In this document: positions 44,549 to 53,468 of the stretch, in pieces | Numbering within the stretch: the stretch's first letter is position 1 | Layout of the letters: every line of letters starts with the position of its first letter | Notes under the pieces: model-generated | What the model saw: the letters and a program-made list of their open reading frames with translations, nothing else | Database searches by the model: none | Told to the model about the DNA's origin: nothing | Assembly: GCA_012517095.1 (NCBI GenBank) | Contig: JAAYVQ010000268.1 | Coordinates: 1 to 53,468 of the forward strand | DNA from: Phycisphaerae bacterium | Lineage (GTDB): Bacteria; Planctomycetota; Phycisphaerae; Sedimentisphaerales; Anaerohalosphaeraceae | Reading direction: 5' to 3' | DNA: 53,468 nt | Program-made: the position numbers and the translations under genes

Positions 44549-45964
44549 TCAAATCCGGTATGCCGGATCCATCATGGCGATCGGCTGGATCTTGGCCACC
44601 ATCGGCGCGTAGTCCGAATGCCCCATCAGGGCCATCGTGGCATCCTTGCCAAGCTCGACCGCCGGTTGGTCATAGGCGTCAATGTCGAACAACCGCCCCG
44701 CAATGGAAGTTGCCACTTCATACAGATACAGGAACTGGCCGACCGTCCGAGCGTCGATTCGCTCGAACAGAATCGTCATGCACGGCCGCTGGTCCTTGAC
44801 TAAGGCATATTCGGTTGCCACCTTCTCGCTGTTGAGCAACTTGGATAATTTTGCTCCGGCCAGATACCCCAACTCCGGCGCACAATCCGGCGCCGGCCCG
44901 ATTGTCAGATCTCGGCTGAATTCCTGCACTTGCAAGAAAGTGAAAATCTTGTCGTTGGGTCCCTCGCGATAGAGCTGCACCTGACTGTGTTGGTCGGTTG
45001 TGCCCAGCGCTTTGACAGGCGTGGGGCCGACAAAGACCGTTGCGCCTTGGGTATCTTTGGCCTTGCCGAGACTTTCCGCCCAGAGCTGGCGGTACCAGTC
45101 TGATAGGTCCTTGAGTGCATACGCATAGGGCATCATGACCGAGATTCGCTTTCCCCGCTGGTAAAAGTGATGATTCACGCCTGCCAGCATTGCCGCAGGA
45201 TTCGCATAAAACCCCGTGCCTTTGACCCGCTGGTCCATGTCCGCTGCGCCGGCCAGCAGGGCGTCGATGTCGATCCCGCAGACCACCGCGCTCAACAAGC
45301 CCACCGGGCTGAGAACACTGAACCGACCGCCAACGCCATCCGGAACTTCCAGCGAACGGAAACCGTATTTGTCGGTGATCTGTCGCATCGTGCCTTTTTT
45401 CGGATCGGTCGTGGCGATGACATGCTCCTTGAACCCGGCCGGACCAAGCCGTTCCAGCAGCATCTTCTGGAGGATCAGATATTGTGCCGCCGTCTCGGCT
45501 GTGCGACCGCTCTTGCTGATGACATTGAACCAGGTCCGATCCAGCTTGTCGCCGATCCAGTCCAGGAATGAACCGAGCTGCGCCGGATCAACATTGTCAA
45601 AGACAAATAACCGCGGACCCTTGCGTTGCTTGTCGTCAGTATTATACATATACGGATTCAGCGCCGTCTGCAGCGCAATATTACCCAGTGCCGAGCCGCC
45701 GATTCCCAGCACGACGAAGTTCTCGCAGTCCCTGGCGATCTCGGCCCCCAGCTTTTTGGCTGAGGCCGCATATTCGGCCTTGTACGGCAAGTCTCGATAC
45801 GGGGTCTTGCCCGCTTGGCGGACCTGGTTGACCTTCTCGATCGCCGCAGTCGTCTTGGCCGCGATTTCCGTGAATTGATCCCGACTGATCCCGTGTTCCG
45901 GCCCGAGAACTTCGGCCGTGACATTCTTGTAATACAGGCTGATATTCGCTTGTCCCACCATCAT
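44549..45964 (-). CDS. pgi: glucose-6-phosphate isomerase
   Basis: VLGIGGSALG and SKSG.T.ET motifs, DGVGGRFSVLS, and the C-terminal ...DQPAVE.GK pattern of PGI. Confidence 0.9.
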   Translation of the reverse strand: MMVGQANISLYYKNVTAEVLGPEHGISRDQFTEIAAKTTAAIEKVNQVRQAGKTPYRDLPYKAEYAASAKKLGAEIARDCENFVVLGIGGSALGNIALQTALNPYMYNTDDKQRKGPRLFVFDNVDPAQLGSFLDWIGDKLDRTWFNVISKSGRTAETAAQYLILQKMLLERLGPAGFKEHVIATTDPKKGTMRQITDKYGFRSLEVPDGVGGRFSVLSPVGLLSAVVCGIDIDALLAGAADMDQRVKGTGFYANPAAMLAGVNHHFYQRGKRISVMMPYAYALKDLSDWYRQLWAESLGKAKDTQGATVFVGPTPVKALGTTDQHSQVQLYREGPNDKIFTFLQVQEFSRDLTIGPAPDCAPELGYLAGAKLSKLLNSEKVATEYALVKDQRPCMTILFERIDARTVGQFLYLYEVATSIAGRLFDIDAYDQPAVELGKDATMALMGHSDYAPMVAKIQPIAMMDPAYRI

Positions 45965-46146
45965 TCCTTTCGAGAATCCATTTTATTGATTTCCCATCAC
46001 TTTACCTGCAGATCTGTGAATCGTCAATGGCCTCGTTCTGGGGAAGACATGTGCTGTCAGGATGGACCCGTTGCTCAATCGGTCTCGATTCTTGCCAATC
46101 AGAGCCCGTTGTGGGAAGATAACTGGAACGGAAAGGAACTTATTGT

Positions 46147-47358
46147 ATGTTCGTACCCTGGTTTTGGTTGGTGATGTCCAGTTTGGCCGTTCAGCCGGAT
46201 CAAACTCAATATATCCTGTTCAACCGGTCTCCGGGCCATGTCTTCAACCAGGCCCGTCCGCAGTCGATTACCCCGGAGGGTTTGATTGAGATTACTCGAC
46301 ATTTCCCAGTCTCGCCGGATTCCCATCGTCGTGTCGGTGTAGCTTTCATTTTCTCGTACCTGAATACTTCAGATGCCGACACGCTCGAATCCCTGAGGCG
46401 ATTCCTTGATGCCGCTGGCCAGACCCACACCCCGATTCTCATCAAGCTCGATGGCGAAAACTGGTGGTCCGCCGTACCTGAACTGTGGAACTGGTGGGAT
46501 CCGACAAGGCCGGGTTACAATCCTGCCAATCGCGCGAATGTCGAATGGACCGGTTGGTCAGCCGACAACGCCATCCGCATCGCATGGCGGAATTGGGGTA
46601 ACCAAATTCGTATTCTCCCGCCACCAAACCTGTTCAGCCCGCGATATCGGAAGGTCTGCCATGAAAAGATGGCGGTGATTTTGCCGGGGATTCGAAGCTG
46701 GTGGCAGTCACTCCCTCCCGATCAAAAGGATTTATTGGTCGGAATTAATGTTGGATGGGAGAGTTCGATTGGAGTGAATGCGTGGTATTATCCCGGCGGT
46801 AACGATCTGCTGGACCACCCGGCCTATAAAGATCCCCAGACAGGCCTGAATACCGACGATGTTCTGGCCCGTGGCCAGGTCCAGATCGGATATGCCGCCG
46901 TCCGGTCGGCCGGGATCCGGTCGTCCGGCCGTATTACCGAGGTCGATCTCTGCGAGGTCGTCCGTCGCCATCTTGAAGACCTTGCCCGAGTCGTTGCCGA
47001 GGCCGGTTTCCCCCGCGAAAAAATCTTCACGCATTCAGCCGGTTGGAAGGAGGGCGAACGACTCTATTCAACTGCCCTGAATCGGTATTCCTGTCCCGGG
47101 TGGAGCTTCTACCGTCATGCCGACGATCCCGCCAACGATAGAGGAGTACAGGAGGTTCTTAAAGGATCCGATGCCCCGTATTGGGCTGCGGCTGAGTGGC
47201 TCTTCCAGAAATCTGAAGAAACGCCGGATTGGAAATCCGCGATCGAAACAACTTTCGCCGATCCCGGGTGCCGTTTCATCTGTGTCTATAATTGGGAAGA
47301 CATCACCGGAAAGCCCACCGTAATTGAGGCCGTTCGACAAGTGTGTAACGGAAAATGA
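46147..47358 (+). CDS. hypothetical secreted protein, Trp-rich, possibly a TIM-barrel glycan-active enzyme
   Basis: Hydrophobic N-terminus (FVPWFWLVMSSLAV), alternating beta/alpha-like pattern, GINVGWESS and FTHSAGW segments. No family recognised. Confidence 0.45.
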   Translation: MFVPWFWLVMSSLAVQPDQTQYILFNRSPGHVFNQARPQSITPEGLIEITRHFPVSPDSHRRVGVAFIFSYLNTSDADTLESLRRFLDAAGQTHTPILIKLDGENWWSAVPELWNWWDPTRPGYNPANRANVEWTGWSADNAIRIAWRNWGNQIRILPPPNLFSPRYRKVCHEKMAVILPGIRSWWQSLPPDQKDLLVGINVGWESSIGVNAWYYPGGNDLLDHPAYKDPQTGLNTDDVLARGQVQIGYAAVRSAGIRSSGRITEVDLCEVVRRHLEDLARVVAEAGFPREKIFTHSAGWKEGERLYSTALNRYSCPGWSFYRHADDPANDRGVQEVLKGSDAPYWAAAEWLFQKSEETPDWKSAIETTFADPGCRFICVYNWEDITGKPTVIEAVRQVCNGK

Positions 47359-47372
47359 TGGGAACTTCCGCG

Positions 47373-48026
47373 TTATTTCAGTAAATCCGGCCGTTTTCTC
47401 TGTAACCATGGCGGAAATTGATCTCGACGGATTTTTGCCCACAATCCGTTCCTGGAATTCATCGCCCGTTGTTGTAAGGCCACATACTCCTCGAAGTGAC
47501 TGTGTCGAAATCGTAGGTCGGCATAGCCATACCCTTCGCCGACAATTCGTTCGTTGAGAGTCGTTCCATCCGGTAAACGAATATACGCCAGCAGGCGGTG
47601 ATATTTATCCCGAACATCGCCCACCGTATCCAACTCGACTGTTACCTCCTGGTCAAGGGCGATACCTGTCGTGAACATCGTCGCCTCCGAACCGAAGTAC
47701 ATTGCCGCCGTATCGCCGATCTGTTTTTCCGGAGTGTCGATCCCCAGGAGTCGAACCCGCGTTACCGGATTGGCCCCATCGGCGACCGCCAGATCCAGAG
47801 TATCTCCGTCAATGACCTCCACGACGGAAAACGACCGGTTGTGATACCGCTGGTAGTCGTTCCAATCCGTTCCCCAGTGTGAGATGCCGTCCCGCAGTAC
47901 GCCGCCAAGCCGCCTGTCAAGGATCCCCAATAAGACCAGCAGAAGGACGATCGCAATCGCCAGAAGGTTCCTCCGCCTGCGACTCATGGCCTTTCCGAAT
48001 CCTGTATTTTGCTTCCTTCGTCCCAT
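47373..48026 (-). CDS. thermonuclease (SNase) family protein, membrane-anchored
   Basis: N-terminal TM anchor, then V.EVIDGDT......VRLLGIDTPE...YGRLLAY-like (HRLLAYI) and ...N..IV.EGYGYA motifs of staphylococcal-nuclease homologues. Confidence 0.75.
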   Translation of the reverse strand: MGRRKQNTGFGKAMSRRRRNLLAIAIVLLLVLLGILDRRLGGVLRDGISHWGTDWNDYQRYHNRSFSVVEVIDGDTLDLAVADGANPVTRVRLLGIDTPEKQIGDTAAMYFGSEATMFTTGIALDQEVTVELDTVGDVRDKYHRLLAYIRLPDGTTLNERIVGEGYGYADLRFRHSHFEEYVALQQRAMNSRNGLWAKIRRDQFPPWLQRKRPDLLK

Positions 48027-48112
48027 GTCCGGGATTGTTCCCCGCGGAGATTCCGTTGTCGGAATGCAGATTGTATCAATAATCCATCGTCAATAGTCAA
48101 TTCACAAGAGCC

Positions 48113-48146
48113 AAAAAAACAACCCGATCCCCTTCGGTATCGGGTT
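48113..48146 (-). terminator. rho-independent terminator after lysC
   Basis: In minus sense: AACCCGAUACCGAAGGGGAUCGGGUU hairpin (8-10 bp stem), then G and U7 (plus-strand A-run 48113-48119). It lies 26 nt downstream of the lysC stop. Confidence 0.65.
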
Positions 48147-48171
48147 GATGTGAACGGGGCAATCGATCAGA

Positions 48172-49404
48172 TTACTTCCGCTGGTCGACGGGTTTGTCCA
48201 GTTCGAATGCGTCACAGACCACGGTCAGAGCTTTGTCCCCGTCCTTCAGATCGACGATGCAACTGATCCGAATCTCACTGGTCGTAATTGAATCAATGTT
48301 GACCTTGGCGTCGGCCAGGGATTTGAACAGCTTGGTCGCCACGCCGTAATGCGACCGCATCCCCACGCCCACCACCGAAACCTCGGCGATGTCGTCACGG
48401 ACGAAGACGTGCTTGCAGTTGACCTGCGGCTGAATCTTGTCCATCACCTTCTTGGCATCGGCCAGGTCGCTCTTGGCGCAGGTGAATGACAAATTCGCCT
48501 TTTCGGCGCTGACTTCCGTCTGGATGATGTCGTTGACGACGATCTTGGCTTCGGCCAGTTGTGCGAACACCTTCGCCGCGTTGCCGGGCTTGTTATCGAC
48601 ATCCACCAATCCGATCTTGGCCAGATCCTTCTGGATCGTGGCTCCTGAGACCAATATGCCTTCCATCTGCGGTACCTCGTGCGTAATAATGGTTCCCTTG
48701 CTATCGTTCATACTGCTGCGAACATGAATAATCACATTGTACTTCTTGCCGAACTCGATGCTCCGGCTGTGCATCACGCCGGCTCCGAGACTGGCCAGTT
48801 CCAGGATCTCGTCGTAGCTGATCTGGTCCATCTTGACGGCCTTGGGGTACTTCCGCGGATCAGAGGTATAGACCCCGTCAACATCCGTATAGATCTCACA
48901 CATCTGGGCCTTCAGCGCCGCTGCTAGCGCCACGGCGCTGGTATCCGAACCGCCCCGGCCGAGCGTGGTGATGTTGCCCTGTTCGTCCACACCCTGAAAG
49001 CCCGCGACGATGACGATATACCCGTCGTTGAGCTTATTGAAGATCCGATCTACGCCGATGCTCTGGATGCGGGCCTTGGTGTACGAATTATCGGTCATCA
49101 TCTGGATCTGGGCGCCGGTAAAGCTGATGGCTTTTTGTCCCATCGCCTCCAGTGCCATCGCAAACAGCGATACTGTCTGTTGTTCGCCGGTGCTTAGAAG
49201 CATATCCATTTCCCGCTTGGGCGGATTGGGATTGACCTCCAGCGCGTCGGCGATCAGGTGATCGGTCTGATGTCCCCGGGCCGAGGCCACCACGACCACC
49301 TGATACCCCTGTTTGGCGGCGTTGAGAGCTCGCCCGGCCGCTCGACGGATCTTCTGAGCGTCCGCGACCGAGGTCCCGCCGAATTTTTGTACCAATACTG
49401 CCAT
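48172..49404 (-). CDS. lysC: aspartate kinase
   Basis: VQKFGGTSV, LGRGGSDT and two C-terminal ACT domains. Confidence 0.92.
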   Translation of the reverse strand: MAVLVQKFGGTSVADAQKIRRAAGRALNAAKQGYQVVVVASARGHQTDHLIADALEVNPNPPKREMDMLLSTGEQQTVSLFAMALEAMGQKAISFTGAQIQMMTDNSYTKARIQSIGVDRIFNKLNDGYIVIVAGFQGVDEQGNITTLGRGGSDTSAVALAAALKAQMCEIYTDVDGVYTSDPRKYPKAVKMDQISYDEILELASLGAGVMHSRSIEFGKKYNVIIHVRSSMNDSKGTIITHEVPQMEGILVSGATIQKDLAKIGLVDVDNKPGNAAKVFAQLAEAKIVVNDIIQTEVSAEKANLSFTCAKSDLADAKKVMDKIQPQVNCKHVFVRDDIAEVSVVGVGMRSHYGVATKLFKSLADAKVNIDSITTSEIRISCIVDLKDGDKALTVVCDAFELDKPVDQRK

Positions 49405-49485
49405 ACCGTTACCCTTATTTGTTCTTCTTATGGGTTCTGTTCGGAGCCGTTATGCACGGGGAAATCGCTTTCCTTTGCGGCCAAA

Positions 49486-49513
49486 ACTATAGCGGGAAAT
49501 TTCGGATTTGCAA
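49486..49513 (-). promoter_or_regulatory. sigma70-like promoter candidate for lysC
   Basis: On the minus strand: TTGCAA (49513-49508), 16-nt spacer, TATAGT (49491-49486), with a T-tract immediately upstream. It leaves an ~80-nt leader. Confidence 0.4.
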
Positions 49514-49692
49514 GAAAAAACTCACGAGAAAATAGGGTCCCTTCCTGGTATCGAAGACAATCGAACATCCCGGTTCCGTCAATTCCAAACGGGATCATTC
49601 TTGCTCCATGACCACACGAAATCCGATCCCTCCAGAGGTCTGGTCCGGATCCGTGGCGCCTCGTTCGGCCGAGCGAGTGTCGCCGCCGCAGA

Positions 49693-51150
49693 TCACTTCT
49701 GCGGTTCCAGGCGGACCACCAGAACCAACGGCCCCTGAAACTGGCCGGAGATCACGCCGTCGGCGGCCAGGATTCCGGCCTGAACCGGTTCCAGATCATG
49801 CTCCGCGTCCAGCAGGAAAACTTGATACCGGTAGGAACCGCCTGCGGGGAGATTCGCAAAGACCAGTTTCACATCCGGTTGCCAGTTTCGAAAATAGCTG
49901 ACCAGCGCCATCCATCGGCCGGCATCCGAGTTTGTTCCCGCAAGGACAGTCCCCTGTTCATTCCTCCAATCCGTCGCAGCCAGGCGCTGCGGCGTATCCA
50001 GCAGCATCCGAAACGCCTTCATCGCGAAGTAAGTCTTCTTCGGCGCCGCGTATCGGTCGAACAGGCCGAACAAGCTTGTGTCGCCGCTGTAATAGTTGGC
50101 GACATCCACGGGGCTGTCCTGCAGGTCGCTGAGCACGCAGGCCAGAAACGCCGCACCCTGCGGCCCGCCCATCTGTTCATACCATTGCCGACGCCCGATT
50201 CCCTGTCCGGCCAGAGACATCGGCTGCCAGTTGTTCCCCGGCAAAAAATTCCATTCGTTCAGATGGATCTCGGTCTTCGCAAAACCGTATTCGTTGAGCA
50301 ATTTTCGAATTTCTCGTGCCTTTATGGCGTAAATAAACGGTTCGTACGAATAGGTATGCCACGAAAAAAAGTCCAGCGGCGCCGATTGTTCCTTGCAGGT
50401 CTTCAGAAAGGCCTTTAGGAAATCCGTTGCCTTCAGCGTATCGCCTTCCAGTTCCCCCGTGGCCCCCAGCGACGGCCCGCCGACCTTCAGTTCGGGGAAA
50501 GCCGCCTTGATCGCCCGGGCCGCGGTCGTGTACAGCCGGAAATACTGCTCGTCGGTCCCCGTCCACATCGTCGGCCGGTTCTCCGGCTCGTTCCAGATTT
50601 CCCAGTAACGGATGTTGTGGCGAAAACCGCTCGCCCAACCCTCGTTGTAGTGCCGGATAACCCCGATACAGACTCGGGCCCACTTGTCCATATCCGCCGG
50701 CGGATGTACCCGATATTTCCTTCGAGTATGCTCGATACTTTCGCCAAGCCGATACACAACCCCCGTCCCTGTGTTGATAATGGCCTGGATGTAATCGTCC
50801 GTCCGGCGAAAATCGTAGCTTTCCGCTTTTTCCGGATCGGCCGACATGTCGGGAAAAACAGCGTGGATATCCACAATCTCCGGATCCGGCCACTCGCTGT
50901 CGTGCAACCGTGCCAGCGGGATCCCCAGCTCCCTGTAGTAGGCCGACAAATCCACCAGTTCCCCCTGATTGACGGGCCCGTTGTTGACTCCGTGCAGCGG
51001 CCGGATCATTCCGATTCGCTGGGAACAATCAATCCGAAATTCGACGCCGTACAGCAGTGGGTGTACAAGAATAAATGTCAGGAGTGTTGAAATTCGAAAT
51101 GATGGGAGAGTTTTTCGTGAATCGGGATGCATGAGGATCCGATCGATCAT
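49693..51150 (-). CDS. secreted clan GH-A glycoside hydrolase, GH39-like
   Basis: Signal-like N-terminus; LHGVNNGP..., RLHD..., YWEIWNEPE (acid/base NEP motif); and the overall length and architecture of GH39 xylosidase/iduronidase-type enzymes. The family assignment is tentative. Confidence 0.55.
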   Translation of the reverse strand: MIDRILMHPDSRKTLPSFRISTLLTFILVHPLLYGVEFRIDCSQRIGMIRPLHGVNNGPVNQGELVDLSAYYRELGIPLARLHDSEWPDPEIVDIHAVFPDMSADPEKAESYDFRRTDDYIQAIINTGTGVVYRLGESIEHTRRKYRVHPPADMDKWARVCIGVIRHYNEGWASGFRHNIRYWEIWNEPENRPTMWTGTDEQYFRLYTTAARAIKAAFPELKVGGPSLGATGELEGDTLKATDFLKAFLKTCKEQSAPLDFFSWHTYSYEPFIYAIKAREIRKLLNEYGFAKTEIHLNEWNFLPGNNWQPMSLAGQGIGRRQWYEQMGGPQGAAFLACVLSDLQDSPVDVANYYSGDTSLFGLFDRYAAPKKTYFAMKAFRMLLDTPQRLAATDWRNEQGTVLAGTNSDAGRWMALVSYFRNWQPDVKLVFANLPAGGSYRYQVFLLDAEHDLEPVQAGILAADGVISGQFQGPLVLVVRLEPQK

Positions 51151-51163
51151 CCTGTCCGTGGGA

Positions 51164-51727
51164 TTACGATTGATGCGTTTTGCTTTCCAGCGTCTTCGGT
51201 TTTACCTCCGCCGAATCCACCCGTACGCGATCGCGTTCCAATTGCACCGCCGACAGCAGCGATAAATACAACTGCAGCGTCCGATCGTCCACCTTGTCGA
51301 TCATCCGGTGTGCCGCCGCCCGCGGATCGTCATATCGAATCAGACTGGCGTTGATTTGCGATCCTCGTTCCTCCAGATAATGCGCAAACGACACCGTACT
51401 GGTGATCCATCGGGTTTCCTGCTCATCCCACACCATCGGCTGGGCCGGCTCCCCGATTCCCCAGAAGCGATCGTTTGCCACGAAAAACAAGGCGACATAA
51501 CAACAAAGAATCAGGAACAGAAACGCAAGGAATACCAGTCCGACAAAATCTCCGTCGGAAAGAGCCGGTTGGTCGATAGCGGTCTCGTCCGAAAAATCGA
51601 CAAGAAACAGGGCTCCAAGGAATCCGATCAGAAGGACCAATGCGAATAACACGCTGCGAAACAGGTTCAGCGAAAATCCTTTCGCAAAGTCCCTCGCCCA
51701 CGATCGCGTATAAATTAGCTTCTCCAT
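51164..51727 (-). CDS. hypothetical 2-TM membrane protein
   Basis: Start at MEKLIYTRSW (51727). Two TM helices (VLFALVLLIGFLGALFLV; VGLVFLAFLFLILCCYVALFFV) plus a ~90-aa soluble tail. No family recognised. Confidence 0.4.
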   Translation of the reverse strand: MEKLIYTRSWARDFAKGFSLNLFRSVLFALVLLIGFLGALFLVDFSDETAIDQPALSDGDFVGLVFLAFLFLILCCYVALFFVANDRFWGIGEPAQPMVWDEQETRWITSTVSFAHYLEERGSQINASLIRYDDPRAAAHRMIDKVDDRTLQLYLSLLSAVQLERDRVRVDSAEVKPKTLESKTHQS

Positions 51728-51888
51728 CCCCGTATTATATCCATTCGGGCAAGACGCTGCAAGCTCCCCAAGATAAAAGCTCGGAGAAAAAATAAATGGC
51801 GTGGGATTGATTTTTCTCCCCGATCCGGATAGGGTAATCCGCGTTCGAATGCCGAAAACGATCAATTCAGCGAGGAAAGGAATGCACA

Positions 51889-52998
51889 ATGGCCGGTACC
51901 TCTCAATTCCAGGTTCCCAGCGGCCGTCTGGTCTCCATCGACGCCCTCCGCGGTTTTGACATGTTCTGGATCATCGGCGGCGGCACGGTCCTGGCCTCGT
52001 TGGCCGAGATCTTCCCCCAGCCGATCTTCAAAACGATCCAAACCCAGCTCGAACATGTCGTCTGGGAGGGTTTCCGTTTCGAGGACCTGATCTTTCCGTT
52101 ATTTTTGTTCATCGTCGGTCTGGTCCTTCCCTTTTCCCTCGCCCGCCGCAAACAGGAGGGAGGCCGTGCGGCTGTCGTGATTCATATCCTCTACCGTGCG
52201 GCCGTGCTGATCCTGATCGGCATGATCCTCAACGGCCTGCTCAAGTTCGACTGGCCCAATATGCGCTGGCCCGGGGTTCTTCAACGAATTGGATTATGCT
52301 ATGGCATCGCCGCCCTGATCGTTTTCTTTACCGAGTGGCGGGCCCAGGCCGTCATTTTCGTTGTCGTCCTGCTGGCCTATTGGGCCGTCTCCATGTTCAT
52401 CGGCGCGCCCGGCCACGCCGCCGGCGATCTGACGATGCAAGGGTGCTTGTCCTCCTGGATCGACCAGCAACTGATACCCGGCCAGTTGTATTACAAGTAT
52501 GGCGATAACGAAGGCCTCATCTCCACCTTCCCCGCCGTCTGTACGGCTTTGCTCGGCGCCCTGGCTGGCCACTGGCTCCGTTCCTCCCGCTCCGGCCATC
52601 AGAAAGCTCTTGGCCTGCTCGTCGCCGGCCTGATCTGTGTGCCTCTTGGTTACGCTTGGGGCCAGATCTTCCCGATTATCAAGATTCTCTGGACCAGTTC
52701 CTATGTCCTCTTCGCCGGCGGCTGGTCCCTGTTGCTACTGGCCGTGTTCTACTGGATCATCGATGTCCTGGGATTCAAAAAGTGGGCCTTCTTCTTCATC
52801 GTCATCGGCGTCAACCCCATCACTATCTATGTCCTCCAGCACCTGATCAGTTTCGAAAACTTCTCCGCGATCTTCCTGACCGGTATCGCCAATAGCGCGG
52901 GCTCCTGGGAACCGATCGTCATCCCGCTCGGTGTGATCACTTTCTCTTGGCTCTTCCTCTACTTCCTCTACCGCCACAAAATCTTCTTCAAAGTCTAA
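51889..52998 (+). CDS. DUF5009 / HGSNAT-like transmembrane acyltransferase
   Basis: RLVSIDALRGFDMFWI N-terminal motif and ~10 TM segments, as in heparan-alpha-glucosaminide N-acetyltransferase-like bacterial proteins. Confidence 0.7.
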   Translation: MAGTSQFQVPSGRLVSIDALRGFDMFWIIGGGTVLASLAEIFPQPIFKTIQTQLEHVVWEGFRFEDLIFPLFLFIVGLVLPFSLARRKQEGGRAAVVIHILYRAAVLILIGMILNGLLKFDWPNMRWPGVLQRIGLCYGIAALIVFFTEWRAQAVIFVVVLLAYWAVSMFIGAPGHAAGDLTMQGCLSSWIDQQLIPGQLYYKYGDNEGLISTFPAVCTALLGALAGHWLRSSRSGHQKALGLLVAGLICVPLGYAWGQIFPIIKILWTSSYVLFAGGWSLLLLAVFYWIIDVLGFKKWAFFFIVIGVNPITIYVLQHLISFENFSAIFLTGIANSAGSWEPIVIPLGVITFSWLFLYFLYRHKIFFKV

Positions 52999-53018
52999 TT
53001 CCGAATCCGCCAAAATAA

Positions 53019-53066
53019 GGGGACAGGTATCTTGCTCCGATAGCGAGGGATACCCGTCCCCTTTTT
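53019..53066 (+). terminator. rho-independent terminator after the DUF5009 gene
   Basis: GGGGACAGGTATC (53019-53031) pairs with GATACCCGTCCCC (53049-53061): 12 bp with one A.C mismatch. It is followed by TTTTT (53062-53066). Confidence 0.65.
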
Positions 53067-53113
53067 GAGCGTCTCTGCGCCCAAATTCAATTTCCTCGTT
53101 GACCCCTTAATGG

Positions 53114-53344
53114 TTAACTGAAGATCGTCTCTTTCGTTCCGGCCCGTCGTGACAGATAAATCTGTTCCCCGATCCCTTTGCCGAACAGAATGATTTCTTC
53201 GCGAAGCCCTTTCGGAGACAGTCCATATTTGGCTCCCAGCGTTTGAACCCGATCCCGAAGCGTGGATGACATCAGCAGGAAAAAAAGCTCTTCCGCAAAT
53301 CGTTCCGTAGTTATGGTCTTGATATCCATTGTTCTATACCTCAT
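53114..53344 (-). CDS. hypothetical small protein
   Basis: This is the only ORF in the region, with helical-looking composition and no recognised motif. The start could be the ATG at 53329 (MDIKTITT). Confidence 0.3.
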   Translation of the reverse strand: MRYRTMDIKTITTERFAEELFFLLMSSTLRDRVQTLGAKYGLSPKGLREEIILFGKGIGEQIYLSRRAGTKETIFS

Positions 53345-53468
53345 TCATTCTGTGTTTCGATCCATCTCTACGATATAAGACGCAAAACTCTCCAAAGGTT
53401 TACAAAAATTCCCCGCCCCCGTCCCAAATTGGGTCAAAATCGGTATTTTTCCCGATGCCATTTCCGAG

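Noticed and set aside
49514-49692. Lysine (L-box) riboswitch upstream of lysC, prompted by a GAGGCGC motif at 49655-49662 on the minus strand
   Set aside because: The rest of the L-box consensus (for example GCCGAAG, the CUGUCA-type 3' elements and the five-helix layout) could not be found. The best promoter (TTGCAA-16-TATAGT, 49513-49486) lies downstream of the motif, leaving only an ~80-nt leader.
50177-51028. 283-aa minus-strand out-of-frame ORF and 206-aa plus-strand ORF (49798..50418)
   Set aside because: They overlap the GH39-like gene in other frames or on the other strand. They have Arg/Gly-rich shadow composition.
1-53468. Mobile elements, CRISPR arrays, prophage or defence islands
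   Set aside because: I recognised no transposase, integrase or recombinase-like ORFs, no regularly spaced repeats and no tRNA integration sites. The gene content is housekeeping plus carbohydrate metabolism. This is based on visual inspection only.

Overview
This is a 53.5-kb, GC-rich (roughly 55-60% by eye), tightly packed chromosomal segment. Many neighbouring genes overlap by 1-29 nt. I found no rRNA, tRNA, CRISPR array, transposase or integrase. The gene content suggests a PVC-group bacterium (Planctomycetota/Phycisphaerae-like or a relative): a 'small basic protein', an NfeD-FloA operon, rny-ymdB, and several secreted glycoside-hydrolase-like proteins including GH29 and a DUF5009/HGSNAT-like protein. 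That taxon call is inference only.

Gene blocks, left to right:
1. Tail of an ASKHA/DUF4445 gene, convergent with a minus-strand Liv-type ABC transporter plus paaK operon.
2. The classic rpmF-plsX-fabH-fabD-fabG-acpP-fabF operon (minus strand).
3. A SPOR-like membrane protein, a small basic protein and an aminotransferase.
4. Three transporters (GntP, MFS, AI-2E).
5. NfeD(long)-NfeD(short)-FloA-Pro-rich protein operon.
6. anmK-murQ-Na+/solute symporter operon (muropeptide recycling).
7. zwf.
8. An HTH/pseudo-receiver gene next to a 773-bp ORF-poor, helix-rich gap that precedes rny-ymdB and an SGNH/TPR gene.
9. A class II photolyase tightly coupled to a DUF4832-like hydrolase.
10. An AraC-controlled cluster: GDP-mannose 3,5-epimerase-like, fucokinase/HddA-type GHMP kinase, tandem cytidylyltransferase-fold protein and GH29 fucosidase.
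11. pgi-manC-ruvX.
12. An orphan secreted protein, a thermonuclease and lysC.
13. A GH39-like hydrolase, a 2-TM protein and an HGSNAT-like acyltransferase.

The two most interesting signals are the unclassified structured-RNA candidate upstream of rny and the hybrid kinase/nucleotidyltransferase sugar-activation module. All family calls come from motif recognition by eye; no database searches were run.
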